Source: Thraustochytrium aureum
Lineage: Eukaryota
DNA length: 64,000 nt
Direction of reading: 5' to 3'
Assembly (NCBI GenBank): GCA_012862495.1
Contig: BLSG01000014.1
Location: forward strand, 1 to 64,000
In this document: positions 22,728 to 35,898 of the stretch, in pieces
How the letters are laid out: every line of letters begins with the position of its first letter
Numbering within the stretch: position 1 is the stretch's first letter
The notes under the pieces: model-generated
Database searches by the model: none
Seen by the model: the letters and a program-made list of their open reading frames with translations, nothing else
Told to the model about the DNA's origin: nothing
Made by a program: the position numbers and the translations under genes

Positions 22728-25700
22728 TTAGAACGACTTGGCGGTGAGCTCGTTCACCCCAGTCCAGCCCTCGTCTTGTACGTCGACGCCGCCAGTCTCG
22801 CCAAGCTTGTCGCGGACGCGCTGCAGAAGATACGACTCGGCCACGTCGCTCGGCGGCGACAGCAGCTCGAGCTGGTCAACAGCCTCCAGCAGCTTGCCGG
22901 CCTGAAACGCCTCGAGCGCCTCCTCGTAAATGCGAATCCTCCGATGGATCGACTCGTCGCGTTCCGCGCAAGTGGGGTAAAACGTCCGCAGGCAGCTCGA
23001 CTTGACGACCATGGCACGGCCAACCTTGTACGTCTTGCTCGAAGTGAGCTTGCCGGTTGTGAGACCTGTCGCTGCGGAGGCAGGCGACGATCCGAGCTCG
23101 ACTTCGGCAGACGACGCCTCGGCCAGCCTTGACAGCCGTCGGCTACTTTTACTCCGCCTTCCCGTGAAGCTCCGGAATCGGCGCCGCAGCGACGCCACGG
23201 CATTGCCACCGTCAGACGCTTCGCTGGATTCTATGACTTGGTTGGAGGCAAACCCTGACTCGATAGGGATGCACTGGCCAACTACCTCATGGACGGTCAT
23301 CGGAATCGTTGTCCCCTTGACAACGACCTTGTCCAGCTCGCGAGTCTCGAACATTTCGCGGTGCCGCGATCCCGCGAGCGTTTCCTCCGAGCACAGAATG
23401 CTGACGCCGTACAACTTGCAGAGCCCCTCGAGCCGTGAGCAGGTGTTGAGGTGCCTCGAGATGCAGCCCCACTTCATTTTGAGATCCGAGCCAATCACCC
23501 CCGTGAGCACCGTCCCGGTATGTATCCCAATACGAACTTTAAAGTCGCTCAGCGACTTGGAGTACTTGGCCCCGAGCTCGTCGCGAAACGTCTTGGAGAG
23601 CACCTTGATGTACTCTTGTTGGGCGAGCGCGGCCGCCAGAGCCTTGGAACAGTGGTCTTCCACGTCATCCGGCGTATTGAAGAATGCCAATAGGCCGTCT
23701 TTTCGCCAGGGTTGCGCGAAGGGTTGTCAGCGGAGCTGATAGTGCCAGCACGAGTTCCGGCGCCAGGCCGGCAAAACTTACCGCCTTGGATCTCAGCCAC
23801 CACGCCTTCGTAAGACTCGACGATGCGTGTCATTGCGGTGAGATAGCGGGTTATCAGGTAGAGCAAGTCCTCGATCTCGAGCTCCTCTGCAATCGAGGTG
23901 AAGCCCTGGATGTCAGAGAACATAATGGTAACCACTCGGCGACGCACGTTGATCTTGCGCCCCTTTTCGCTCTGCACGATCCCTCGGACCACCGAAGCGG
24001 GCACAAACCTAGAGAACGTGTCCAGCGCCGCATACATGGCCAGGAACGACTGCTGCAGGTTATTTACTTCGCGAATCGCCGTCCGCCCCAGCTCTGGCCG
24101 GTTCGAGGTTACGCCGAGGCCAAACTCCAGGTGCTTTATACGCAAGATGAACGCCTCCAATCGTCGGATGGGGCGTGCCAGTGCCCCCGAGAGCCACCAC
24201 GCGGCCAGCAGCGTCCCAGCGACGCAACACACCGTTATTGCGACGTTAATTGCGATTTGCTGCTTGATCTGTGCCTGAATTGTTCTGGCCAGCTCGGCTT
24301 CAAGCCCTTTGCGAAGCGAAATGAGCGATTCGATGTACCGTTCCAGCAAAGGGTTGAGCGGCACGGACACGATAACCAGCCATTGCAGTGAGTGCTTTTC
24401 AGGGAGAAGATCACTCTGCATCGTGTTCATGGGCGCCGATGCGATCACAAAGCACNNNNNNNNNNNNNNNNNNNNNNNNNNNNNNNNNNNNNNNNNNNNN
24501 NNNNNNNNNNNNNNNNNNNNNNNNNNNNNNNNNNNNNNNNNNNNNNNNNNNNNNNNNNNNNNNNNNNNNNNTCGCGGTACGCCTCTGAGGCGTTTACAAG
24601 GCTCAATACGTCTACCGCGGTGAGGTTGCACAGGGTCCCGTCCGTTGTGTTGACGACGACCGATCGAGGGACGGCGAACGATTCGTCGGAGAAATCCTTG
24701 GCCCCTTCGTGCTGCAAGAGCGCCAGGCTCGAGAGCTGGATTGCAAGTCCTTCCCCTGTGGCGTCAAAAATAGTTGTTGCGGTCGCCGCCCACCCAAGAC
24801 TCAGCGGCCCGCTCGAAACCGCGGCAGCAGCGAGCCACCCGACCTGTGACTGCTCCAGATCCGACCCGACGACGCTGTCGTTCCGCACAACCACGTAGAG
24901 TGAAAACATGTCATCATCCCGCTGTTCGGCCGAAAAGGCTTCATGTATCACATCCAAGGCGCTGGCGCAAAATTGGCTGAGGCTTTCCACCGTCATAGTG
25001 CAGGTGAGCACGCCATGAAAGTCCTCGTACGTCAGAGTCGGCACGTTGATGGGCCAGGAGAAGGTTGTGCCGTAGGCCATGCGGGCCAAGCCGGGCAGCC
25101 CACCCGGCGGCTCGGTCGGGTTGGAGCTGTTTTTGAGCACAAACAGTAAGTTGGACCACACGCCCTGCGCACTCTGCTCTGGTGGACTTGTTGACTGGGC
25201 GACGAGCGAGCGGAAGTCGACATTGTCCAATGTCAAGTTTCTCTGGCAGTTTCCGCTGACCAAGCCGGAGCTATCAAGGACGGTGCAGGCGACAACGCCG
25301 TCCCGAGCGCTGTTTTCAAAGTCTCCTGGTTGGATTAGACCAGAGCCCGGCGGGCGCCCGCCCAGAATTGGGGGAAACTCGAACAGATAGCCGGCCTGCG
25401 AAAGTACTTCGCCTTGCGTCTGGTTGGGTTCCAACAGAAGCTGGAAATATCGCGTCAGGTTGGCGGCTGCGGGAGGGACCCCGGGGCCGGGCACGGGGCC
25501 TGGACCGCTCGCATTGACCGAGTACATGGCAGCGCCAGTGGAGAACTGCACGTACGACGAGTTGAGCTGGACGTACATGATCCCGAGCACGCTAAAGTTT
25601 ATGGTTTCGAGGCTGGCCCCAGATTTCGCCAAGACGCTGATCATGTTGAACGTGCCGCCAACAATCTGGAACGTCTCAGACGCAAACGCGCCCGATAGGT

Positions 25701-26778
25701 CGACGGCGATCGACTTGGCAGTCTGGGCGACGACTGACACGGCGGTAGACATTTGGTACGCCAAAGACCCGTACACGGTGGCGTTGAGGGCATCGAAGCA
25801 ACCTGCAGAGTACGTATCCCTGTTCTTCTCGGCTAGAATCGCGTTCGAGATCGTCAGTACGACCGCGCAGAACGCCACAAGGGCGCCAAATGTGGACATG
25901 ATTGCAAAGTGAATCCCCAAACCGTTTTCTGGCGCGGCGCAGTGGCAGCACTTGCCTCGCGAACAGATCGTGAGACCGCCGCCTCCCCAGCAAGAAGCCA
26001 GGCAGTGAACGTCTTCGCCGCTGGTCGGATCGAACCCTGCAGTGAGTTCGGCGGCCATGGGCTCGTCCGCTTTTTCGACCCGAGATTTCGTGAACAGCTT
26101 GCTCAGGCCGAGCGCGCCTGCGCTGGAATCAGTTGGCGCATTGCTCGCCCCGACAGTGGCCCCAGGCGAATCATTCGTGTCTGAGACGCTGGCGAGGTCC
26201 AGCGCGCGTTGCCACCGCTCCACCGGGGACTGACATGTGGGTACTGCCTCCGTTGGGATGGGTACCAAACGACGGATCTCCCCTGGCTCAAACCCTTTGC
26301 CCATGCGGAAGCGGACCTGCTCCATAAGATTCTCTTCGCTCCGCGCAACCGTCGACATGTCCGGGCGCGCGTTGGCATCTCTGTGCAAGTCTCCGCCACT
26401 ACGCGTCACGAACACTGTATCGTGTGATGCCTCGAGTACAAAGTCGGGCTCGCTGCTGCCGACTGGCTTGCCGAAACGACCAAGCGTGGTCCCAGACCCA
26501 ACGCTACCGCCGCCATTCTCGGCACACCCCTGCTCCTCCAAGCGCCGATCTGCCGACTCCTGCTCGCTGCCCGCTGTGTCGGCAAGCGCCGTAGGCACGG
26601 ACACCACAACGTGCATCCCAGCAGCGTCTGCAGCACGGCTTTGTCCGTGCCCGTCAGTCTGCGCTGCAGGGTCTCCGCCAACGACTTGGCTCGCAGCTTC
26701 TTGGCCGTCTTCCTCCTCGTCCGTCAACGTTGCCGCCGTATCCCCGCGGCTAAGCGCAGCGTCCTGCGCAGCCCCCAT
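22728..26778 (-). CDS. Membrane class III nucleotidyl cyclase (TM-sensor-TM-HAMP-cyclase); intron 23699-23781; gap 24456-24570
   Basis: TIMFSDIQGFTSIAE, spliced VAEIQGDGLLAFF, VRIGIHTG, NTCSRLE, VVVKG; HAMP-like LARPIRRL..EVNNLQQSF; two hydrophobic helices. Start codon uncertain. Confidence 0.85.
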
Positions 26779-28003
26779 CGCCTCTGCACAGCCCGGCTGC
26801 TGTCGCTGCTCCCGCCAAGTGTAGGGACTGTTGCAGAGTTTTCGGGTTGCTGAACTGCTCTCTCCAGCCAGGTTACTGGAGGTCGAGTAGGAGGAATGCT
26901 GACGGGACCGTGTCAGTGCAGGACGCGTCGCACCGCGCACTGGGTGGCCCAGCCTATTGATCGGGTTGGGTGATTGCGGGGAAGGGGTATGATGAAGGAC
27001 ACAACACGCCAAGACAACGCTTCCAAAATGAGCCATAGCCGCCTGCCTTAGGCAGCCTTGTGACGGGCATCGAGGCCTCGTGCTGAAGACCCCGCAGACC
27101 AGTCCCGTGGAAACCGGACCGCAATCCAAAAGACTCAAGATGGCAAAGAAGCTGACAAGTGACGGACTTCTGATTTGAACGAGTCATGGCGAATCACAGA
27201 AGTGTTGGCCGTCGTCCCAACAACAACAACAAAACGAAAACCGAGTCTGTACGGTGTGAAACTGATCACGTGCATCAAAACGACCGGCCCAAGGGCACCA
27301 AGCGGATTGCAAACGAGTGTGGCCACCGCAGCATCCTGAGACGCAAGAACAATTCCAGGGCGAACGTCAACCTCGGTTCCCTGACCCGGAATCCTCGTAT
27401 CGCACCTGCTGCCGCACGTGAAAATCTCGAGACCAAAGTCGGGAATGATTCACTTCAGACGGGCGGCACAGTGGAGGAGCCGCGAACGAGCGCCGAGAGT
27501 AGCCCGCGCGAGAGAACGCACGCCGCCCACGTGCAGCGAAGCAAGCACAACCAACAACGCCGACAAGTCGACCGACGCGTGGTCCCGATCGTCTTGTCCT
27601 CGCGACGCGCGTGCACCAATAACGTCTTGTCAATGCACTGCTGTTCATGAATCAGTGCTGCTGCACCAGCCGACCACAGTGCCTCTCTTCTTGTGCGCCG
27701 TGGGATGCCGCGAAGCAGCCGAGCACCGGAACGGACGGAAAGCGCTGCACGGCTCGTTTGTTCCTTGGCCATTGCGGCCGGGAGCCGAGGAGCAGCAAGC
27801 AGATCATCCATCACACAGGGAAGAAGCCCTGCGGCGCCTGGAAGCGAACGGAGCGCGTTTGGCTCTGCGCGCTGGTGGCGCTCGAGAAGGATTCGCGCGA
27901 GTTGGTATTTTTGCGTGGCGCGGTTGCCAAGGTCTTGCGTTGCAGCGCCGGGGGAACGGACGGAGCGGGCTGGTGCTGCGCGCCGGCGGAGTTGGGGATT
28001 CAT

Positions 28004-28052
28004 TTCATACGCGCGAGTCGGGCTGGCTCGAGGTTCATACGCGCGAGTCGGG
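28004..28052 (+). repeat. 19-bp direct repeat TTCATACGCGCGAGTCGGG, two copies
   Basis: Copies at 28004-28022 and 28034-28052, upstream of the exportin ATG. Confidence 0.8.
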
Positions 28053-28186
28053 GTCTTGCGTTGCGCGCTTCCCGAAGACAGCGCTGTTTCAACGGGCGTG
28101 ACGACGGTGGGCAGTCTTCGGTTTCGAGGCGGCACCGCAGGCCGTCGCGTTGAGGTGCGCACAGGGCGAGGCTGCGGCGACCTCTG

Positions 28187-31100
28187 ATGCAAAACGGCGC
28201 GCTGGAACAAGTGGAGGAGGCGCTTGGCGCCGTTTATGCACCGACAACAAATAATGCGGTGAGGGCAAAGGCTCAGGCTGTCTGCGATGCGTTTGCGGCG
28301 AGGCAGGAAGCCGCGCGCGAGGGGCTGATGCTCTACGCGGTGGCGACGAGGGAGGGCAAAAGTGACGCGCTGCGCTTGTTTGCCTTGAGCGCGTGCCAGC
28401 GAGCGCTCCGCGCGCACTGGAGCCAGCTTGGCGATGACGACAAGGAGCAGGTCAAAGGTGGCGCTCTCGAATTGCTGGAGAGCGGCACGCGGGGGGCTGA
28501 CGTGGAGCCCCGTTTCATTTTGAACAAGGTTGTCTCTCTCGTGGTGGATTTGGCGAAACGCGAGTTCCCGCAGCGGTGGCCAAACTTTCTCGGGCAAATG
28601 CTTGAAACCGCCCAGCGCGGCATGTCACAAGCCACGCTCGTGATGGGCGTCTTGCGAGACCTCGCAGACGACTGCACGAACAGCGAGTTCAACGCAGCGC
28701 TGCCGCCCCGCCGGCGTGCCGAGATATTGACAGAGCTACGCGGAGCGCAGGCCGAACTCGTCCCGTTGTGCTACAGGCTCCTTGAAACGTGCTTTGGCCA
28801 AATCGCCTCTGATGCGGGGGCGGCCAAGCAAGCTGCGGCGCTTGCCGAGGCCACGCTGGCCACCCTCGCGGCCATGACCGACATCTGTCCTCTCCAGACC
28901 CTGCTCGAAAGCAACGTGGTCGCAGCAATTGGCGAGTTTACGAGGCAGCTGGGTCGCGGGAACGAGGCTACCATGCTTCAGATGACAGCCTGGCGGTGCA
29001 TCGCCGTATTCGCGGCCAAAACCGTGCCGGAGCGCTCTACAATAGATGTGGGGCTGTGGACGAGCTCGCTGGTTCAGGCCTGCTCGCGTGCAATGTTGAG
29101 CTTCCCAGCGAGGTCGCCAAGCGCGACCCCGGGGACGATTGAGGCTGTTTGGCCCACATTTGCGATCGGTAACGACCCAGGCGCCGCCGAGCTTGCTGCC
29201 GAGCTGATCGGGGGCTACGATGTGCACAGAGAGATGGGGCGCGCAATCTCGTCGCTCGCCGTCGCCTTTTTGGAGCAGCTCGTGAACGAGGCCAACAGGC
29301 TGCCAGGGGCAGAAGCCCGGAACGCGCGCGCACTGGAGGCGCTGCGCGGTATTCTGGATGCTCTGGTGCGATTCCTGGGCCACGCAGTCCCACTCGTCCG
29401 TAGCTCGGTCATGCCGGGCGTGACGGCGTTTGCGCGTGTGCTTACGACAAGTGGCGCGGCGGTTCGCGGCCAGGGGGACCTCGTGGTCGCTCAAGCGTTG
29501 GAGATGGTCTTGCGAGGGTTGGCTGACCATGTGATTCGCCTCGGGCACCCCGACTCGCCCGAGGAAGCCGGCTGGCCCTCGGCCGCGTTCGCGATCGAGT
29601 TTTACGACGATGTAGCCGAGTTTGAGGAGGCGCACAGCAACCAGAGCACCATCGCGAAGACCATCATTAAGACAATCGCCCAGCGGCGCTGCGTAGAGAC
29701 GCTGCATTTTTTCCGGCTCCGTGCCGAGATCGCGTGTGGAGCCGTGGCGCGCCCGCCACTGGTGCAAAATGGTGCTGCGCTGGCGGTGGGCCAGCTGGCC
29801 CCGCAGCAGCCCGCAGGCGAGCTGGCTGGCCCGCGTGAGGCTTATCTCAAGGCAACGCTTGTACATCTTCCCGACGCGATCGGGCCTGCGCTCCCCAAGG
29901 GGATCTTTGCTGCCTTCGGCGCCCCAGGGGCGGAGGTGAGCGCTGCTTCGTATGCGGCGGCTGCTGCCGAGCTGCGCAAGGCGCTTGAGCTGGTGCTGGC
30001 CTACAACCCAATACAGCCGCGCGAGTGGACCTGCTGCGTACACACGCTCAGTCGGCTCAGCGCTTGCTTTGGTGCGCCGCCGGACGGCCCCAACCTTTGG
30101 CTTGGCCCTGCGCTTGAAAAGCTGTTTGCATGCGCCACATTTCGGACACCGGAAGAAGTCCAGCGCGCGGCGCAGGGGTCAGCCCTGTCGGCGGCAACGC
30201 TCGCCGCGCGCAAGCGCGGCTGCACTGCCCCTGGTAGAGATCTGTTCTCAGCTCTCGGCTGGGTCGAGTTCGCCCGAGATCCGCGCCAAGCTGGCCTCTC
30301 TGCTGCCAACCTTTTGCAACCAGGTGTTACTCGCGATGAACAGCGACGCCAATGCGCTCCTTCCGTACGAAAAGCTCATGCTGTACGAGGTACTTGTGCT
30401 GGTCAGCAACACTTTGGAGGACCCCGCCGCGCAGGCAGGATTTGTGCAGGACATAGTGGCAAGCCCTCTTGCCGAGTGGAGCAGCCCCTCGCTGAAAGAG
30501 CTTTGCACCGACCCGCGGCGCGTGGCTGCCGCGTTGCGTGAGGCTCCGGCCCTTCGGACTCGGGCGCTGGTCGACGCCAAGCGCTCGCTCAGCCTTGTGC
30601 TCTCGATAGGGCGCAAGTGCAAGTCGGTGCAGGGCCGTCCCCGCCCCTTTGCGCAGTACTGGGCACAGGTGCTCCCAACGTACTTGCCATGATCAAAGTG
30701 CTCCACTACTTTTGGAAGGAACCGAGCGGGTTTGAGGACCTGCTGTTCGTTCACCCGGAGGAGTTGCGGTGCCTGATTGGGTCGGCGGCGCGCAAGAACG
30801 CGCGGCCGGGGACCTCTCCGCACCAGGCGCAGCAGCAGCATCAGCAGCTCAACCAGCCGGTGGCGGCGACCGCGACTGGCGCGCCGGCGAGCCAATCCTT
30901 TACTCTGTGGATGGATCCTGTCGCACCACCAGCCACCGAGGACGAAGCCATGTGGTTCGTGCTGCACCTCGTCAGCGGTCTTCGCGAGGGGCTGTACAGT
31001 GCACTGGGCGCTGCGGCGCGTTACGGTGATGCGGGCCTGTTCGGCATGGAGGACGCGCTTCGGGGCGTGCAAGATGTCGTCCTGGCAGACCTCGAGGCGC

Positions 31101-32250
31101 TCGAGCACCGGCACCTGGCGCGCATCTTGCAGGCCGTCGTCGTGCCGCTGATAAACAGCTGCCCGCCCCGCTTGTGGCACAACTACTTGTTCCCAGTCCT
31201 CGTGCGCGTATTCGGGCACACGTTTCAGCGCCTCAAGCTCGCGTGGGCCGTCTTGCCAACGCTGCACGACAGCCCTGCGCAGGGTGGCAGCGGCCAGCGC
31301 GCCGACGCTGGGTCCATGGCGGCTGGCCGGCCCGAATGGCAGCCGCGCGTACGCAAGGCTCTCGAATCTGCCGACGAAGACGACGCAAACGTCGAGCAGT
31401 GCACGTCGGGCCGCTGCGGTCACTGTCTGCGGTGCCAGCAAACCGAGATGGCGAGGGACGCCTCGGTGCGACTGTTGAGTGTGTCATTGGTGGATGCTGT
31501 CTCGGCCGTGCTGAACTGCAACCTGCCGGACGGCTGCAAAGACATGCGCGACGAGGTTCCTACGGAGATGTGTATCCAGGCGCTTCGTTCGGATGAGCTT
31601 GCGCACGCTACCTTGGTCTCCCTCGTGGGGACCATCGCCTGCCCGGACTCTGCAAGCATGAACAAGGCAGTGATCTTGGCGAGGCGAATCTTCCACTGCT
31701 GCCTCCTGGCAGAGCCGCGCTTCCATAACTTTGTGGTGAACCAGCTGTTTTGCGCTTGCTTCTCGACAGTGTTTGGCCCGAAGATGGCCGTGCAGGACGC
31801 CGCTGTGCAAGGTCTGCTGCAGATCATCACCGATATTTGGTGCTTTGCGCTCCAAGGGGGCGCGGAGCTCCCAAACGGACCTCGGCAGTGGTTCTGAACG
31901 AGGCAAGCCCGTATCGGCAAATGGTGCGCCAGCACCTCCTCCAGGGCGTGCCCAACCTGCCGATCTCCGAGGTGGTTGCTGCGGAGGAGGCGCTCTGCTT
32001 GGCCACCACGGGTAAAACGCGCCGCAACCGCGTCAAGGAGTTTGTGCAGACCTGCTTGTGCGGACAGGGAGCTGAGGGCGAGATCGCGGCAGGCCTGCAG
32101 GCCCGGCAGGTCGCGGATTTGCCCCTGCAGCCTTCCAAGCCTGGGGCCGACAAGTCTTTTCAGAGGAACCAGGGGTCTTGGGCCAGCGCGGCAGACGCCT
32201 GGGACCTTGGCGTTCAGGCTCTGTTTGATCCGTCTGGTGGGGGCTTGTGA
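28187..32250 (+). CDS. XPO5: Exportin-5/Msn5-like karyopherin-beta (homopolymer frameshifts near 30228, 30675 and 31885)
   Basis: Importin-beta N-terminus and Xpo1 motif EPRFILNKVVSLVVDLAKREFPQRWPNF, EKLMLYEVLVLVSN, HEAT-like helices throughout; four overlapping ORFs join with single-base corrections. Confidence 0.8.
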
Positions 32251-33997
32251 GTGCAGCAGCGGGGTACCGGGCAGCTTGGTTTCAAGTTGATGTTTGATTT
32301 CGTTTACCGTCGATGCGACGCGCAAGATGGCCTCAGGGAGGCCGCTCCACGCGACCCGAGGAGCTGGCTGCGCGAACTGGCTGCGCGATGCGGGCTGTCC
32401 CGCCCCTTGCCCCGAGCAGGCTTCCGCGTCCTTTTGTCGCGTCCTTTTGTGCTTGCAACAAGGCCTTGACAACGCGGCGGAATCTCGCGCGTACACGTTT
32501 CGACGCTTACTCTGCTAGTGGCCCTGCAAGGCCATCGCATTCTGCGAGGCTGGGCTAGGGAGCGGGGTCCAGATCTGGTTCGCGGAGCGATGCCTTTGGC
32601 CTTCTCGCAGCGAGAAGATTTGACTTTTATTCGTGCTTGGGACTTGGCCTGCTCAGCCTCGAGCGGGGCGGCACTCCCTCATCGCCTCATGCTGCGCAGC
32701 GAAGCGCGCTACGTGCTCGAGAGCACGCACGCACGCGCGGCGACGTCTATACTACCTACCGCCTGTGAAAGGCGAGAGCGGCGCAGCGGCAGCCACACAA
32801 TAAAAATTGAAATCAAGCCTGGCTGGGCCTTCACGGTCAACGAGTTCGGCGAGAGCGCAAGGTCGATCTGTCCCCGCGGAGGAAGCGGCGCTCTGGCGCC
32901 CGGCTCTTGCCAGGGCAAGCAGCACAGACGGCACCTGCCAACCCTCGAAGAGGGCAGCAAGGGTGATCTACTAATCTTTAGTTGGTGGTAGAAGGGTCGT
33001 ATTTACATTGGCCAGCGTAGCCCGCCCGCCCCAGGCGCCGTTGTTGTGGTGTGATGTATACAATGTGTAGGTACATGCCGAGCAGGCGCCCCCGCTGGTG
33101 GGCGCCGCCGGTGCCGGCAAGCGAGCGAGCGAAACCAAGCCATCTGCAGCGCAACCCGGCTGTCGTGTGTACAGGAAATGAATAGGTGGATCGAGGCGCA
33201 GCGTTCGATCGATCGATAACGAGGAATTTTATGCACATCTCGTTGCGCTGGCGCCGCCCCCAGAGCCGCACTCCAACCGATCGAAGCTCACAGCCTTGGA
33301 CTTGGCTGCGTCCTCACGACTCGTCGACGGGCCGCATCAGTAGAAGGACGGCTCGGAGAGCGANNNNNNNNNNNNNNNNNNNNNNNNNNNNNNNNNNNNN
33401 NNNNNNNNNNNNNNNNNNNNNNNNNNNNNNNNNNNNNNNNNNNNNNNNNNNNNNNNNNNNNNNNNNNNNNNNNNNNNNNNNNNNNNNNNNNNNNNNNNNN
33501 NNNNNNNNNNNNNNNNNNNNNNNNNNNNNNNNNNNNNNNNNNNNNNNNNNNNNNNNNNNNNNNNNNNNNNNNNNNNNNNNNNNNNNNNNNNNNNNNNNNN
33601 NNNNNNNNNNNNNNNNNNNNNNNNNNNNNNNNNNNNNNNNNNNNNNNNNNNNNNNNNNNNNNNNNNNNNNNNNNNNNNNNNNNNNNNNNNNNNNNNNNNN
33701 NNNNNNNNNNNNNNNNNNNNNNNNNNNNNNNNNNNNNNNNNNNNNNNNNNNNNNNNNNNNNNNNNNNNNNNNNNNNNNNNNNNNNNNNNNNNNNNNNNNN
33801 NNNNNNNNNNNNNNNNNNNNNNNNNNNNNNNNNNNNNNNNNNNNNNNNNNNNNNNNNNNNNNNNNNNNNNNNNNNNNNNNNNNNNNNNNNNNNNNNNNNN
33901 NNNNNNNNNNNNNNNNNNNNNNNNNNNNNNNNNNNNNNNNNNNNNNNNNNNNNNNNNNNNNNNNNNNNNNNNNNNNNNNNNNNNNNNNNNNNNNNNN

Positions 33998-33998
33998 N

Positions 33999-34048
<50 letters not shown>

Positions 34049-34081
34049 TCTGTCTCTCTCTATCTCTATCTCTCTATCTCT
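33998..34081 (+). repeat. (CT)n microsatellite adjoining a gap
   Basis: Direct inspection. Confidence 0.95.
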
Positions 34082-34839
34082 GTTCGCCCTTCCTTCCACC
34101 GAAAATATTTATTGTTTTGAATTGGTTTTGAAATTAGGTTTTTGGGTTTTCGTTTTGATTTCAAGGGGGACTATAACCTACGATCGTCCTCCTCCTCTTG
34201 CCTCTCGGCCGCCGTCTGCTGAGGGACAGGTCCGATTCCTCACAACCTGGCCCGAGCCGGGTCTTCCTTGCCATGATAGTGGTAGTGCGGTTTGTTTTTG
34301 TTTGTTTTTGTTGTTTTTGTTGGGTTTTTGGCAAAAAGACATTTCTCCGCGTCGTTGCGTTTGTGAGGTCCAACCAAGGCACACCGTTTTGCCCTCTGAC
34401 GACGCCCTTTCAAAAACCGATTTTGTTCAACGAGAGGGGAAATCCCCGCAGAGGACCTTACAAGACCTCGCGGAAACAGGGCAAAGAATAGCTATCTGAC
34501 CGTAGTCTCGTATTAATGTTACCTCAATGGCTCGGCACGTTTCGGCGCCAGCGACATTTCTTCGACGGAGCTTCATTGCGCTCCTCACATGCCTTCACAA
34601 CGGTCCCAAGCGCAACAACCTGCGCGCTTGCGAAGACACCTCGTCGCCTCTCTCTACTGCTGGCATTGTGTCTGTTGCCATGCACGCTTGCGGCGACGTA
34701 CGCCGTGTCTTGTATTCAGTTCCACGCTTCGGCGAAATTATCTGACATCTCGGAGTCCCCTTGCATGCTGTCGCAGTGCACTTTCTCTCGAGATAGTTTC
34801 TCCGAGGGGCAGCTCCTCATTGATTCTCTCTGTTCTTCC

Positions 34840-34933
34840 CGTCGTTCATTCTTTCGTTCATTCACTCGTTCTTTCTTTCGTTCGTTCACTCGTTCGTTCT
34901 CCCTCGTTCGTTCTTTCTTTCGCTCACTCGTTC
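34840..34933 (+). repeat. (TTCG/TTCA)n low-complexity tract
   Basis: Repeated CGTTCATTC/CGTTCTTTC units. Confidence 0.8.
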
Positions 34934-35124
34934 TAACAGGACAGAACAGGTCAGAACAGGTCAGGCGCTGCGAGCGTGGCGCTCTGCGGCGGGCGGGCGG
35001 TCGACAGCGCAGGTGCGCAGCCCAGGTACTGCCGATTGCGTGGCCGGTCGGTCGTTTCGCTTGCCGGTTTCTTGTTCGGCCTGTCGGTTAGGCGGTGAGC
35101 CTGGCGCCGCTCGCAGTGGGCCGG

Positions 35125-35898
35125 ATGTCGGGGCAGGCGCTGAGCGCGCCGCTGATGGGGAGCCAGAGCGACGATCCGTTTTATGCCTTCAGGGACGAGC
35201 TGCAAGTGCTCGTGCAAGGGGCGGCGGTGCGGTTTGGCAAGTGGAAGTCGCTGCTGGAGAGCACGGACACGAGCGCGAGCCGCGAGTTTCGCGAGGAGGG
35301 CGCAACACTGGCCAAGGAGCTTCATGCAATTCAGTCCAACGTGAGCGACCTGGAGCAAGTGCTACAGCGCGTGCAGACGCATCGGTCGAGCTTCAAGCAC
35401 ATCTCGGACGACGAGCTCTCCAAACGGCAAATGTTCATCCGCGAGATGAAGAACGAAGTGAGCTCGATGAAGTCAGCGATGAACAGCCCCCAGACCCAGG
35501 GCAAAATAGAACACGACAGAAAGCAGAGCTTAATGCGCCGCAGCCAGACGGAGGAGCGCGGCTCCACCCTGACGCAGTCGAGCAACGCCAGCTTCTTGGA
35601 AGACCAGCAGCAGCAGCAGCAGCTTATCGAGCGCCAGCAAGACGAGCACCTCGATGAGCTCGAACAGGGCGCGACGCGACTCGGGCACATGGCGCTGGCG
35701 ATCGGTGAGGAGATTGACTCGCAAAACATGATGCTGGACGAGCTGCACGACGACATCGACAGGACCTCGGGGCGCATGGACGCGGTGCTGGGCCGTATGG
35801 ACAAGATGCTCAAGAGCAACTCACGGTGCCAGACTCACACCATTTTAGCCCTCATGGCGGTTCTGCTCGTGCTTATCCTGCTTGTGGCGTGGACATGA
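35125..35898 (+). CDS. STX6: Syntaxin-6/Tlg1/SYP61-type Qc-SNARE
   Basis: N-terminal DPFY motif, ELSKRQMFI, SNARE motif QDEHLDEL..IGEEIDSQNMMLDEL, C-terminal TM helix. Confidence 0.92.
   Translation: MSGQALSAPLMGSQSDDPFYAFRDELQVLVQGAAVRFGKWKSLLESTDTSASREFREEGATLAKELHAIQSNVSDLEQVLQRVQTHRSSFKHISDDELSKRQMFIREMKNEVSSMKSAMNSPQTQGKIEHDRKQSLMRRSQTEERGSTLTQSSNASFLEDQQQQQQLIERQQDEHLDELEQGATRLGHMALAIGEEIDSQNMMLDELHDDIDRTSGRMDAVLGRMDKMLKSNSRCQTHTILALMAVLLVLILLVAWT

Noticed and set aside
28736..30043. Long antisense ORFs opposite real genes (also 30248-31441 and 38009-39175)
   Set aside because: Expected shadow ORFs from high GC3 codon usage
32251..35090. ORFs between exportin-5 and syntaxin-6
   Set aside because: Low-complexity or microsatellite-derived translations with no protein signatures
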